The notes under the pieces are model-generated. The model made no database searches. It was not told the origin of the DNA and saw nothing but the letters and a program-made list of their open reading frames with translations. Both the position numbers and the translations under genes were made by a program. Shown piece by piece: positions 27,286-40,900 of a stretch of 64,000 bases of DNA. The stretch is from Eledone cirrhosa (taxonomy: Eukaryota): NCBI GenBank assembly GCA_964016885.1, contig OZ024749.1:23808001-23872000 (forward strand), given 5' to 3'. Position 1 is the first letter of the stretch, and the number at the start of each line of letters is the position of its first letter.

Positions 27286-28575
27286 CGTTATTCCGGGTTG
27301 AATCGGAGGTAACCACAGTAAGTAAGGTACTCAATACATTGCAGAGTATAAAAGATTTAATATAGATGAGATTCTACAGGACTAGAACTGTTTCCTTCTT
27401 TAGAAATTATCAGGAATCTGGGTATCAACAGCATGGTTTCTTGATGATGGTTATAAGGACCACAGAGAGTGCTAACAGTACGTTATTCCGGGTTGAATCG
27501 GAGGTAACCACAGTAAGTAAGGTACTCAATACATTGCAGAGTATAAAATATTTAATTATAGATGAGATTATACAGGACTAGAACTGTTTCATTCTTTAGA
27601 AATCATCAGGAATCTGGGTATCAACAGCATGGTTTCTTGATGATGGTTATAAGGGGCACAGAGAGTGCTAAATGTACGTTATTCCGGGTTGAATCGGAGG
27701 TAACCACATTAAGTAAGGTACTCAATACATTGCAGAGTATAACAGTTTTAATATAGATGAGATTCTACAGGACTAGAACTGTTTCATTCTTTAGAAATTA
27801 TCAGGAATCTGGGTATCAACCGCATGGTTTCTTGATGATGGTTATAAGGGGCACAGAGAGTGCTAACAGTACGTTATTCCGGGTTGAATCGGAGGTAACC
27901 ACAGTAAGTAAGGTACTCAATACATTGCAGAGTATAAAATATTTAATATAGATGAGATTCTACAGGACTTGAACTGTTTCATTCTTTAGAAATCATCAGG
28001 AATCTGGGTATCAACAGCATGGTTTCTTGATGATGGTTATAAGGGGCACAGAGAGTGCTAAAAGTACGTTATTCCGGGTTAAATCGGAGGTAACCACAGT
28101 AAGTAAGGTACTCAATACATTGCAGAGTATACAAGTTTTAATATAGATGAGATTCTACAGGACTAGAACTGTTTCATTCTTTAGAATCATCAGGAATCTG
28201 GGTATCAACAGCATGGTTTCTTGATGATGGTTATACGGAGCACAGAGATTGCTAAAAGTACGTTATTCCGGGTTGAAGAGACCTATAAAAACCATACTTA
28301 GTTTTTGATACCCAGATTCCTGATGATTTCTAAAGAATGAAACAGTTCTAGTCCTGGAGAATCTCATCTATATTAAAACTGTTATACTCTGCAATGTATT
28401 GAGTACCTTACTTACTGTGGTTACCTCCGATTCAACCCGGAATAACGTACTTTTAGCACTCTCTGTGCCCCTTATAACCATCATCAAGAAACCATGCTGT
28501 TGATACCCAGATTCCTGATGATTTCTAAAGAATGAAACAGTTCTAGTCCTGTAGAATCTCATCTATATTAAAACT
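27284..28575. repeat. 195-bp tandem array (~5 units) plus inverted ~1.4 units, one HHR per unit (retrozyme-like)
   Basis: Equivalent positions at 27369, 27565, 27760, 27955 and 28150; inverted copies at 28314 and 28509; AGATTC-CTGATGA-tttctaaagaat-GAAA-CAG-ttctagtc-CTG-TA-GAATCT. Confidence 0.9.
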
Positions 28576-28601
28576 ATATATACACATATATATATATATA
28601 T

Positions 28602-28778
28602 AGGAACGAGTAAGACACCGACGGCTGAGCTGAAGCCGTTTCGACGGCTATCAGCCGTCGAAACGGCTTGAGCTCAGCCTTCGGGGTCCTACTCGTTCCT
28701 ATTAACCACTCTACAATCCTAAGTATTGAGTACTTTGGTGCGTTATGGTCCACCTGGTTCCTTACCTCATTTCCTTCG

Positions 28779-28780
<2 letters not shown>
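28602..28780. mobile_element. TA-flanked fold-back of the half-HHR family
   Basis: tttcgacggct-atc-agccgtcgaaa turn; arms match 2049-2180. Confidence 0.75.
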
Positions 28781-28823
<43 letters not shown>

Positions 28824-28825
<2 letters not shown>

Positions 28826-29398
28826 AATGGAATAGAATGAAACGAAATTTCATTTCTCACTCTTAGTACGGCTCAAACTTAAATGGAAGTATGTATGTAT
28901 ACATACATACATATATGTATACAGATGTACAGTAGCATGCATATATATATGTATATACATATATACATACAGGCACACACATATATATATGCACGTATCA
29001 GTTTACCGAAAATTTATTATAATGTTCGCTTTGTTCGTTTGTAAACAAAAGAACAGCCTGATTTACGCCGTACAGTGTTTAGGCGACCACGTCACGTTTT
29101 TTGTGCAACACTGACACAGGAACGATGTACTAGTTTCAAGCTTGTTAGCTATCGTTAGCACCGTATACCTTTCTGCCAGATGGTTGAACGTCCGAAAGTA
29201 TATACCTTCCTTATGAAAATTAACGGCTGAGCAGCCTAATTTGCATAGCAAGTGAGTTCAGTCGGCCAGGCGCACCAAAAACGATAAATGGAATAGGATG
29301 AAACGAAATTTCATTTCTCACTCTTAGTACGGCACTTACTTAAATGTAAGTATGTATGTATACATACATACATATATGTATACAGACGTACAGTAGCA

Positions 29399-29477
<79 letters not shown>

Positions 29478-29911
29478 GGATTTTAATGAATACAGTTTAG
29501 TTAAAAGGAATTTATTGACACGTGTTTCTATAACAGTTACATAACCTGAAAACAGCTTCTATCTATAAAGTATTAGTTATGCAGACATTCAATATTTCAA
29601 TGTTCAATACATACATACATACAGGCACACATATATATATGCACGTATCAGTTTACCGAACATTTATTATAATGTTCGCTTTGTTCGTTTGTAAACAAAC
29701 GAACAGCCTGATTTACGCCGTACAGTGTTTAGGCGACCACGTCACCTTTTTTTGTGCAGCACTGACATAGGAACGATGTACTAGTTTCAAGCTTGTTAGC
29801 TATCGTCAGCACCGTATACCTTTCTGCCAGATGTTTACAAAAGAACAAAGCGAACATTATAATAAATGTTCGGTAAACTGATACGTGCATATATATGTGT
29901 GCCTGTATGTA

Positions 29912-29977
<66 letters not shown>

Positions 29978-30410
29978 TGCTACTGTACGTCTGTATACAT
30001 ATATGTATGTCCGTATACATACATAATTACATTTAAGTAAGTGCCGTACTAAGAGTGACAAATGAAATTTCGTTTCATTCTATTCCATTTATCGTTTTCG
30101 GTGCGTCTGGCCGACTGAACTCACTCGATATGCAAATTAGGCTGCTCAGCCGATAATTTTCATAAGGAAAGTATATACTTTCGGACATTCAACCATCTGG
30201 CAGAAAGGTATACGGTGCTGACGATAGCTAACAAGCTTGAAACTAGTACATCGTTCCTGTGTCAGTGTTGAACAAAAAAGGTGACGTGGTCGCCTAAACA
30301 CTGTACGGCGTAAATCAGGCTGTTCGTACGTTTACAAACGAACAAAGCGAACATTATAATAAATGTTCGGTAAACTGATACGTGCATATATATATGTGTG
30401 CCTGTATGTA

Positions 30411-30474
<64 letters not shown>

Positions 30475-30530
30475 TGCTACTGTACGTCTGTATACATATA
30501 TTTATGTATGTATACATACATACTTACATA
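28824..30530. repeat. ~462-bp tandem plus inverted repeat family with minimal HHR (30212-30254 +; ~29773-29815 and ~29122-29165 -)
   Basis: aaatggaata(g)atgaaacg recurs at 28824 and 29286; orientation switch near 29833; acggtg-CTGACGA-tagct-aaca-agctt-GAAA-CTAG-TA-catcgt. Confidence 0.85.
29475..29605 (-). mobile_element. Solo 3' tip of the second PLE (cf. 41566-41690)
   Basis: High similarity to 41566-41691; abuts (TA)n. Confidence 0.75.
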
Positions 30531-30683
30531 TATATATTTATATATACATATATATAATATACGGTTATTTATATATATATATATGAATATACGGTCATAT
30601 ATATGAATATACGGTCATATATATATATCTATATCTATAAGTATTAAGGATACTATTTATGGTTATGTATAGATCACTAAATA

Positions 30684-30735
30684 GTTACTCCGAAGAATCC
30701 AAACCTCGGTTTGGAGGAAACAATTGTAAGCAAAT
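30684..30735 (+). ncRNA. HHR-like motif with CCGAAGA (U4C) core
   Basis: CCGAAGA-a-tccaaacc-tc-ggtttgga-g-GAAA-CAATTG-TA; related to the 57.8-58.5 kb element. Confidence 0.55.
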
Positions 30736-31285
30736 AAATGATTTAAACTGAACTTTGATTATTGTAATCTCTATATATATATTTATATATATATATATAT
30801 GAATATACGGTTTTATATATATATATATATAATTATATATATATGAATATACGGTTATATATAGAGCCCCTGAAATAGGATTTATAGAGAGGGAAATATA
30901 AGGGGGGGGGGGGGGGGGTAATATATGCAGAGGGAGAATTTTTCCGAAAGTTAAACGAAGTTTGAAAATATTTAATTTATGCTATTTTAGGGTGAAGTAT
31001 CACGATTTTAGGTTATCTTAAAAATTGCTGGTTATTTATATTTATTAGTTTTATAAATTCTATAAGTGTGTTAACATGTCTAAACTTCTTAATTTTATGA
31101 GAATAACATTTAAAGGATTTAGCTGGCCAGCGGAAAGGAAGGTTTACACTGTTGAATATTTTCCTAAATGTAAACTTTAACGAAGATAATCAATGTCAAC
31201 ATATTCAGTATGTAAAGCTTATGAAGTATTTATTGTTAGAAATATTTAAATAACGATTACGTATATAGATATATTAATGAGCCAG

Positions 31286-31317
<32 letters not shown>

Positions 31318-31327
31318 TATACGCTTA

Positions 31328-32363
31328 TCTCTATATATATAAAACAGTGGATGTCTGTCTATGTAAATCCCTAAAACTCGGGATCCTTTTCAAACTTTAC
31401 ATATGCGTTACTTATATTTCTGGAAGTGTAATGGGCTAAAATGTTTTAGATTGTTCTGCCATAGGGCCCTCATTAGGCGAAAAACCACATTTTTAAAGGC
31501 ATTTTTTTGGCTTTTGGGGAGCGTATCTTAAAGATATTCCAGCCGATGTCCTCGATATATGCATCACGGATTAGTTATTCCTGTCGCATTGACGGGGACA
31601 AAATAAATTACCGATTCCATTAATGGTTTCTAGAAAATGTATGTATTAGCATTGGACATTAAATGCAATTTTCATTTTCAATATAAACGCTACTTAAACA
31701 TCGTAAATAGCGTATAATATTTCGTTAAACATGTGGTTTATTTAACAGAGGACACAACACTTACATACATTTAAGCAGGACCATTTTCGGGAGTTTGAGG
31801 AAATGAGGAGGACCTTCATATATTTGTCGGCATCTTGTTGACGCTTCGCGCTTTCGCCACGTGCAAATCCGGGCCCTGTGTACGTTGTCGTGTTATAGAC
31901 ACCGCAAAATTCACGTCTGTGCTAGTTCTACTCAGAGCTCTTTTGGTGCACCGGCACCGCAGTATGAACGCCCTGCGCAAGCACGCCGAACAGCGGTTGC
32001 GCTAATTCCGCGGTGACCCCTTTTGTCCCACATAAACATAACTGATGACGCCTGTCCGGATGACTGGGTGCGAATCTATGAAACTCGAAAAGTACCTAAC
32101 CGATTTTCTCCAAATGTAAGAAAAATCATACTTTAAGATTTAGTACGCTTAAAGAGTATCCAGCTGATTTTCTTCAGATTTTGCACATGCATGCAGATGT
32201 TTCACGATTCGGGCCTGCTGGTGTTTTACGTTTCCAGTAGATGAACAATCATTCCCTGAGAATAAGGGAATTCAAAACGTACACAGCTACAATCCTCAAC
32301 TTTGCATATTCGTGTTGCTATTTCACGTTTCCTACCCCGTGAAACGCCGGGTCCTGCTGCTAG
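31328..32363 (+). mobile_element. Non-autonomous Helitron
   Basis: A|TCTCTATATATATAAAA 5' end; subterminal GC-rich hairpin-like cccgtgaaacgccggg, then CTAG|T 3' end. Confidence 0.7.
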
Positions 32364-32679
32364 TATATTTAAAAAAAGGAAAATAATGACATCACTTCTA
32401 GGTCTAAACAATTAAATTTAATTTTATAACATTATAATTTTACAATTTGGATTTGTAGATCTAACAATTTCTTTAACTTCGGTGGAGAGATCTTTTAAAG
32501 ATTCCTGGAGAACTTTCTCAGATTCGTGGGTGGCAAGAAAGCTTTGAGAAAAACCACAAACACTCCATCTCAATTCTACTTTTGAAAAGCACAAGAACTT
32601 CGAAACCGGTAAAGGAACCAAATAAATATATTTTTTTATAAAGAAAAACTCCAGTTGCATTTTCGATTTCATCTTTTTT

Positions 32680-32767
<88 letters not shown>

Positions 32768-32785
32768 TCACATATACCTACACAC

Positions 32786-32846
<61 letters not shown>

Positions 32847-32864
32847 CATATACCTACACACTCA

Positions 32865-32904
<40 letters not shown>

Positions 32905-33016
32905 TACACACACATCTACATATATATATATATATATATATATACGCTTAAACTGTCCATGATAAATAGTTTACACAGACTTTTATCGGATTAGCTTTAA
33001 CGATTTATTGTATCCT

Positions 33017-33078
<62 letters not shown>

Positions 33079-33689
33079 GACACGGGCTTCTTCACACTTA
33101 CCATCTCTTTAATATCTACTTACAGTTCATTGTTCAAGCAGAACATAAAGTAGAAGGCATCAACTCGATGTTCCCCGCTGTGGGACTGAACCTGAACATA
33201 AATGCCCGGTGTGAATAAAATTAGTTTACCACATTGACCCTATAGTATAGTAATATAAGATTTAAGGGAAAACCAGTTGTCATTTCCAGCAATTTTTCCC
33301 GCCTTCTAGAACCCTTTCCCTCCACCTTGGCATATATTCAATGATAGTGCAGTGAAACTTGGTTGTTGGAGTGATGCCACTAACTTTGGAAAACAGTCAT
33401 TATACAATGCATCAATAATAGAAATTTAGTGTTTCCTCCTGCTGGCATTCGTATTGTGGCAAAATTATTGCCAGTTGGTTGCTAATGTTGTTTTTACTTG
33501 GTTAATCATTTGTGTATTATTTATTATTGAATGTTTACTTGGCTGTTAATACTAGCAGGTCGAGAAGCCATGTCGAGGTCAAGTGAAAGAGGACGGCTAT
33601 ATAAACATGAGATACAAAGGCGATATCTCTTAGACATAGAGTAATGGCAATGTGTACTTCATCGAAGTAGAAAAAAAAATACCCCTGAC

Positions 33690-33998
33690 ACCCCATCCGT
33701 TACGACGATGAGTCTTCCACTGCACACAATCAATAGAATAGCCAGCTTGTGGAATTAACATGCAAGTGGCTGAGCATTCGATCATCTTACGTACCCTTGA
33801 TATATTTCTCAGGGAGATTTAGTGTGAAACAAAATGTGATTATGTTGGCTCTTCAGATTACAGGTGCAACATACTTTCACCAGATGAGTTGACTGGATCA
33901 ACATGAAATAAAGTGACTTGCTCAAGGACACAACGCGCCGCTGGAAACTCTTGACTTTACAATCGTGAACCGAGTACCGTAACCCATAAACCATGCCC
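33690..33998 (-). mobile_element. CORE-type SINE
   Basis: Minus strand gcgttgtgtccttgagcaagtcactttat (CORE-like); related to ~6400-6640 and ~10950-11230. Confidence 0.55.
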
Positions 33999-34041
33999 CT
34001 TCTTTACATCGAATAAGAACACTACTATTTATTATTTCGGA

Positions 34042-36365
34042 AGGGTGGTGGATTGGTAGTATCGGTAGGGCACCGGACAGCATGCTGTGTAGCATAGAGA
34101 TGCGTTCCTTTACGTGCTGATTTTAAATCCGGCTGAGGTTAGGCTTGCCTTTCATCCTTGCGTGGTAGATAAAAAAGCACCAGTAATGAACTGGGGTCGA
34201 TTTAATCGACTTCCCCTCCCCCAAAATTGCTCGCCTTCTGCCTATAGTACAAATCATTATTTACTATTTCGGCATCATGCTTTATAGTGTACCCATTTAT
34301 GTTCTGAGTTCAAACTCCACCGATATAATTATTGCCTTTTTTACTTACTGAGTCGATAAAATAAATTACCATTGCTGCCACGGGGTTAATTTAATCGAAT
34401 TTCCCATTCCCTTTAAATTGCTGGCCTCGAGCCAAATGATCAAACAATTATTTACTATTGATTGTTTATTTAACTGCTAAGTCTAACAGGTCAAGAAGCC
34501 ACAAAAAGGTCAAATAAACCAGCAGGATTATACACAAAAGAGAAAAGGCAGCCTTCTTAACGCCGACATAGCATTCTATGTATCTCCTTAGAATTAGCAC
34601 CCTATTATTTTATACTATAATCAATTTACAATTCATCTTTCTTTCGCCGTCCAAATCTTCGTCTTCGAGTGATACTCATCTTATTGCTATCTTCGTTAGC
34701 TTCTCTTTAAACACCGTGCCAAATAAAAAACAATATAAACAACAGCAACGAAAACAACAAAAACTATCCACATTTTCAAACACCTTGTTACAACATTTCT
34801 AATAAAATCTAATGTTGCCAAATATTTTGAAATGTATAAAGAACTTACAGAGATTTCATGAGATAAATAACATCTTTATTTTGATGATATCCGCGAGTTC
34901 AAATCCCAACTACGTTAGCTTTGTCTTTCGACGCTAGGGGATCGATAACATGAAATACCAGTAACGCATTGATGTCGATCTACTCGACTATCCACTCCCC
35001 AAATTGTTGGCCTTGTGCCTAAATCAGAAACCATTATTATCACTAGCAGAAAAACCACCCAATTATATATGCATGTAAATATGATACATCAAATAAAATC
35101 GCAATTGACAATACACACAGAAATTGAAGAGAGACTGTGTTACAGTGTCTTCTGTAATCAGTAAAGTAATCCATGATACATTTAAAAAAGACGATATTGT
35201 ATATATACTGAATTACGAGGAAATGTAATAAAAATGAAAAGGGAGAAAATTAGCGACACAAATATAAACGTTAAGAGATAACAATGCAAATATATGAAGG
35301 TTTATATAAGCGATGTAATATAGCGTCCGTTATATAATAACCGGAAGTGTTGACATTTGAAAATTTTAAAAGAAGTGAATCTTAATATAAGCATTTGCCT
35401 TTCATCCTTACGGGGTCGATAAAATGAAGTACCAGTAATACACTGGGTAATTGCTGGCCTTGTGCCTAACGTAGAAACAATTATTTATTCAAAGTAATCC
35501 AACTTATTTTACTAACGGGATAAAAAAAAAATATTCAGGACACAATCCCGCATTCCTCCTTTATTATATTATGATGGACTTAGTGAGCTGAAATCCCGCG
35601 AGGTTTAGCTTTGTATTTGATCATTTCGGGGTCGATAAAATAATATACCAGTAATGTACTGAAGTCAATTTATACGACTTTCACTGTCCATAAAAATTGT
35701 TGGCCTTGTGTCAAATATAGAAACAATTGTTATGAAGCTGTCAGGGTAGGTGAGTGGCTCAATCGCTATAGCACCGGGTAAAACCTCTTGAAACATATGA
35801 TTTAGCTCCAAAAATTCTGAGTTCGAATTCCGCATAATGAATGTAACTTTGCCTTTCATCATTCAGAAATCAATAAAATAAAGCTCCAGTAAATTACTAG
35901 GGTTGATATAATAAAACTTACCCTTCCCCTTAAAATTGAGTGTCTTGTCCTTTAATCAGAGACCATATGGATTGGCACTATCTGTAGAGGATCTGACGCC
36001 ATGCTTTGCAGCATAGGGTTACGTCCCTTTACGATATAAGTTCAAATCCCGCCGAGGTTAATTTTGCCTTTCATCCTTACAGGGTCGATAAAATAAATTA
36101 CCAGTAATGCACTGGGATAAATTCTGGCCTTGTGCCAAAAGTAGGAACAATTATTAAACTTGGGTAGGACATTAGAGTCTCAGTATTAGTAGGACATGGG
36201 ACAACATGCTTTGCGGCATGTAGTTATGGCCCTTTACTTTAATGTGTTCAAATCCTCCCGAGGATTATTTGGCTTTTTTTTTATTGTTATGGGTTCACAC
36301 ACTAAGGTCGATTCACTCGCCATTTCTCAAAACAATTTGTTGGCCTTGTTCCTATATCCGAAACG
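34042..36365 (+). mobile_element. Co-oriented cluster of ~8 Meta-domain-like SINE copies
   Basis: Repeated cores and tails near 34042, 34275, 34890, 35395, 35590, 35745, 35970 and 36165. Confidence 0.75.
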
Positions 36366-36649
36366 TTGGTAACCTGGATGTTAAAACATATCTTATAGCT
36401 AATATTTTATTATAAAATTATGTAGGAAGCTTTTAACATAAATATGGAAAATCTAACATTAAAATATACATAAAATAATAATCATAGCCCAAGGGCGGAT
36501 TTTGGCAATTTGGTAGCAAAAGTCTTGCATGTTTTATAAGACAAAAAAATATATACATATATGCGTATATATTATATATAGAAACGCACTCTCATAAGTA
36601 TAGAAACATACACACATACAGACACACAGCCACAAACACACGTATATAC

Positions 36650-36689
<40 letters not shown>

Positions 36690-36856
36690 CTATGCACACA
36701 TACACACACATATGTGTGTAGATATAATATATATAAATATGTGTATATATATATATATGTGTGTGTGTATATGTGTATGTGTATATATATATGTGTGTAT
36801 ATGTGTATGTATATATATATATATGTGTGTATATGTATATATATATATATATATAG

Positions 36857-36902
<46 letters not shown>

Positions 36903-36907
<5 letters not shown>

Positions 36908-37882
36908 GAGATCAAAAGATGGTTAAAAGTGTTCCATGTATTTTATTATGCGCATTTCAAAAAGAAATATCATCATGCAATAACATTTGTGTTTTCATCA
37001 GATAAAATAGGAAGACATGATATGAAGGTTAAAAAACAATTGTGAATAGTGCAGTTTTAAATCGACATACGAAAAGTAGTTTTAGATTGATGTGTGATAT
37101 TGGGAAAAAAATGTTTGATGGGGAGGATATGAAAAAGAGGAGGAGATGAGAGTAAAAAGTGGAAGGGAGGAGTATAATGAGGAAGGATGAGATAGGAGGA
37201 GAGATGGATGATAGAGAGAGAGAGATAGCTTTTATAACTGAGAAAAATATATTGTTTTACATAGAGAGGTTGAAAAACCGTTGGAAGATAATATATAAAT
37301 TAAAAGAATTTGAAAATTAACGAAGAGAAAATAATGTTATGTTAAGGTTTGTATATTGAAGGGTTTAATAATATGTGCGATGAAAATAAATTGTTAATAT
37401 GTATTAAGAATAATATTTAAGTGTTTAATAATATGTGCGATGGAAAGAAAATGTTAATATGTATTAAGAATAATATTTAAGGGTTTAATAATATGTGCGA
37501 TGGAAAGAAAATGTTGATATGTATTATTAAAAAAACAATAGTAATGTAAGTAAGGATATATTAGATGATCATGAAGGGAGAAAAAGATAATGAATTGAGG
37601 ATGAATAATCTAACTTCAAAAAATGTTTACGTTTACGAAGGATTTGTTCAAGGTGATATAAAGTAAGAATATATTGTACTGTGTAATAATTGTTTCTATG
37701 TTAGGCACAATGAGAAAAAATACAGGTAAGGGGTTAGAAATTAAAAGAAAAAGGAAAAGAAAAGGAAAAGGAAGAAAGGGAAGTGATAAATAGGAGTGAT
37801 ATAGAATGAGTAACTAGTATTATATAATGTATAATAAATAACTTTGAAATAAGTTAGAAGGATGGGTATATTTTTAAAGAAG

Positions 37883-37914
<32 letters not shown>

Positions 37915-40900
37915 CCTTTGAGAAAAGGATTTTAAATTGATAAAGTATTAGATATTAGCTGTATAATTTATGGAATGTTCTGTGGAATGTATGCAAGCAG
38001 AGAGAAAACAAGTCAGTGCGTCTATTTATTATAGAATCTAAATTAGATATAATGGTAAATTTTTCATTTAAACAGAGATTGCAAGTCTTGGATAGAGAAC
38101 TGTTCAAGTATGGAGAAGCAGAAGCAACCTTTTTCCAAGAGATGTTATATTTAATATTTTTGTCTTGCAAGGACCATATGAGTTCTGAGAGTGCCGTGTT
38201 GGTTCTTTTAAGTTGGTATTTAAAAGACGAATGATGATTATAAAGACGAGCTTTAAAGGAGGTGGAAGTGGAGCCAAAATAGGTGAAGGAATTGGTGTGA
38301 GTTATAACTTTACATTCGTAGATTAAGTTTTTTTCAAGACAATGGTTGTTGAGAGCACATTTATTTTTAACAGGGCAATTGCGACTAGAGAGGTTAGCAG
38401 AGTTATTAACGAGTGACCTAGTGTTATCTATAGAAGGAATTGGATTGGAGAAGTTATTTACGATAGGAATAATGGTTTCTTGTTTTAGAATGGGATTAAG
38501 AACATTTAGCGAAGTTGTGTTTGACGTTGTATTTGGGTTTTCAGAAATTAGCCTAGAGTTTACAATGACGTCGGGAGTACTATTACTATTATTATGATAT
38601 TCAGTGTTGGAAGGAAGATATTTAGTATTTAGTATTTTATTGTTGTGTTTAGAGATAATGTTGGAAATGTTGGAGGAGGTCGAATAGGAAAATGTTATAG
38701 TGTGTTTGTTAAATATTTTACTATAGATATGTGAGGGAGGGAAGCATTTATTTAAGGCACTAAAGAATAATTTAGGAATATTATTATTAATGAGATGGAG
38801 AAAGGAGCATTATACCAGATTATGTTTTTGTATCTAGGTCTTTTATTAAAGTTATTGGAATGATCATGATTAAGTATTCTACTGTAAGATCTTCTAGAAT
38901 TTGTTTCTTTACTATATTTGATTTTATCAGGATAGCCGGCTTTAGAAAGCGCGTTATTATAGTAATTGGCGTTAGCATCAAAGATGTTTTTATTAGAAGA
39001 TAGGTTAGATATTCTTTTTCCAATATTACTAACTATAGCATTCTTAATATTAGTGGGGTATTTAGATTTAAAATTAACATAATTTAGGTTCTCATTGTTT
39101 TTATGGTAAGGGTAATATAGGCCAGTGTCAAGATTAAGAGATACATCCAAGAAATTAGCTAGTTTGATGCTGTTATCAATTCAATTTTTAAGTCATGTTA
39201 GTTAAAGAGATTACGTATATTGTTCTTAATAATATTAAAATTAACTAGGTTGCAATTTAAGATAGTAAAGAGTCCATCGTCACGATAAATTCCACCGCGA
39301 AGTTGAGGAATTTTCCGACTCAAGGAGTTCAAAATAAAGATACCAATTAAATCTGTCAATTGGGCTGAATCGGATGCTCCCATTGTGATGTCGAAGTTGT
39401 TAGAGGTATCAGCTCTATTACTATAATAACGCGCTTTCTAAAGCCGGCTATCCTGATAAAATCAAATATAGTAAAGAAACAAATTCTAGAAGATCTCACA
39501 GTAGAATAAGTAATCATGATCATTCCAATAACTTTAATAAAAGACCTAGATACAAAAACATAATCTGGTATAATGCTCCTTTCTCCATCTCTATTAATAA
39601 TAATATTCCTAAATTATTATTCAGTGCCTTAAATAAATGCTTCCCTCCCTCACATATCTATAGTAAAATAGTTAACAAACACACTATAACATTTTCCTAT
39701 TCGACCTCCTCCAACATTTCCAACATTATCTCTAAACACAACAATAAAATACTAAATACTAAATATCTTCCTTCCAACACTGAATATCATAATAATAGTA
39801 ATAGTACTCCCGACGTCATTGTAAACTCTAGGCTAATTTCTGAAAACCCAAATACAACGTCAAACACAACTTCGCTAAATGTTCTTAATCCCATTCTAAA
39901 TCAAGAAACCATTATTCCTATCGTAAATAACTTCTCCAATCCAATTCCTTCTATAGATAACACTAGGTCACTCGTTAATAACACTGCTAATCTCTCTAAT
40001 CGCAATTGCAATTGCCCTGTTAAAAATAAATTTGCTCTCAACAACCATTGTCTTGAAAAAAACTTAATCTACGAATGTAAAGTTATAACTCACACCAATT
40101 CCTTCACCTATTTTGGCTCCACTTCCACCTCCTTTAAAGCTCGTCTTTATAATCATCATTCGTCTTTTAAATACCAACTTAAAAGAACCAACACGGCACT
40201 CTCAGAACTCATATGGTCCTTGCAAGACAAAAATATTAAATATAACATCTCTTGGAAAAAGGTTGCTTCTGCTTCTCCATACTTGAACTGTTCCCTATCC
40301 AAGACTTGCAATCTCTGAAAAATGAAAAATTTACCATTATATCTAATTTAGATTCTATAATAAATAGACGCACTGACTTGTTTTCTCTCTGCTTGCATAA
40401 ATTCCACAGAACATTCCATAAAGTATACAGCTAATATCTAATATTTATCAATTTAAAATCCTTTTCTCAAAGGCACATATATATATATATATACTTCTTT
40501 AAAGATATACCCATCCTTCTAACTTATTTCAAAGTTATTTATTATACATTATATAATACTAGTTACTCATTCTATATCACTCCTATTATCACTTCCCTTT
40601 CTTCCTTTTCCTTTTCTTTTCCTTTTTCTTTTAATTTGTAACCCCTAATCTGTACCTTTTCTCATTGTGCCTAACATAGAAACAATTATTACACAGTACA
40701 ATATATTCTTACTTTATATCACCTTGAAAAAATCCTTCATACACATAAACATTTTTTGACGTTACATTATTCATCCTCAATCCATTATCTTGTTCTCCCT
40801 TTCATGCTCATCTAATATATCCTTACTTACATTACTATTGTTTTTTTAATAATACATATCAACATTTTCTTTCCATCGCACATATTATTAAACCCATTAA

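Noticed and set aside
27366-28562. Repeated 64-71 aa ORFs as a peptide gene cluster, or the array as CRISPR
   Set aside because: They are by-products of the 195-bp tandem unit; there are no unique spacers and no cas genes.
32424-32672. 82-aa minus-strand ORF as a host exon
   Set aside because: No recognisable domain or supported splice structure.
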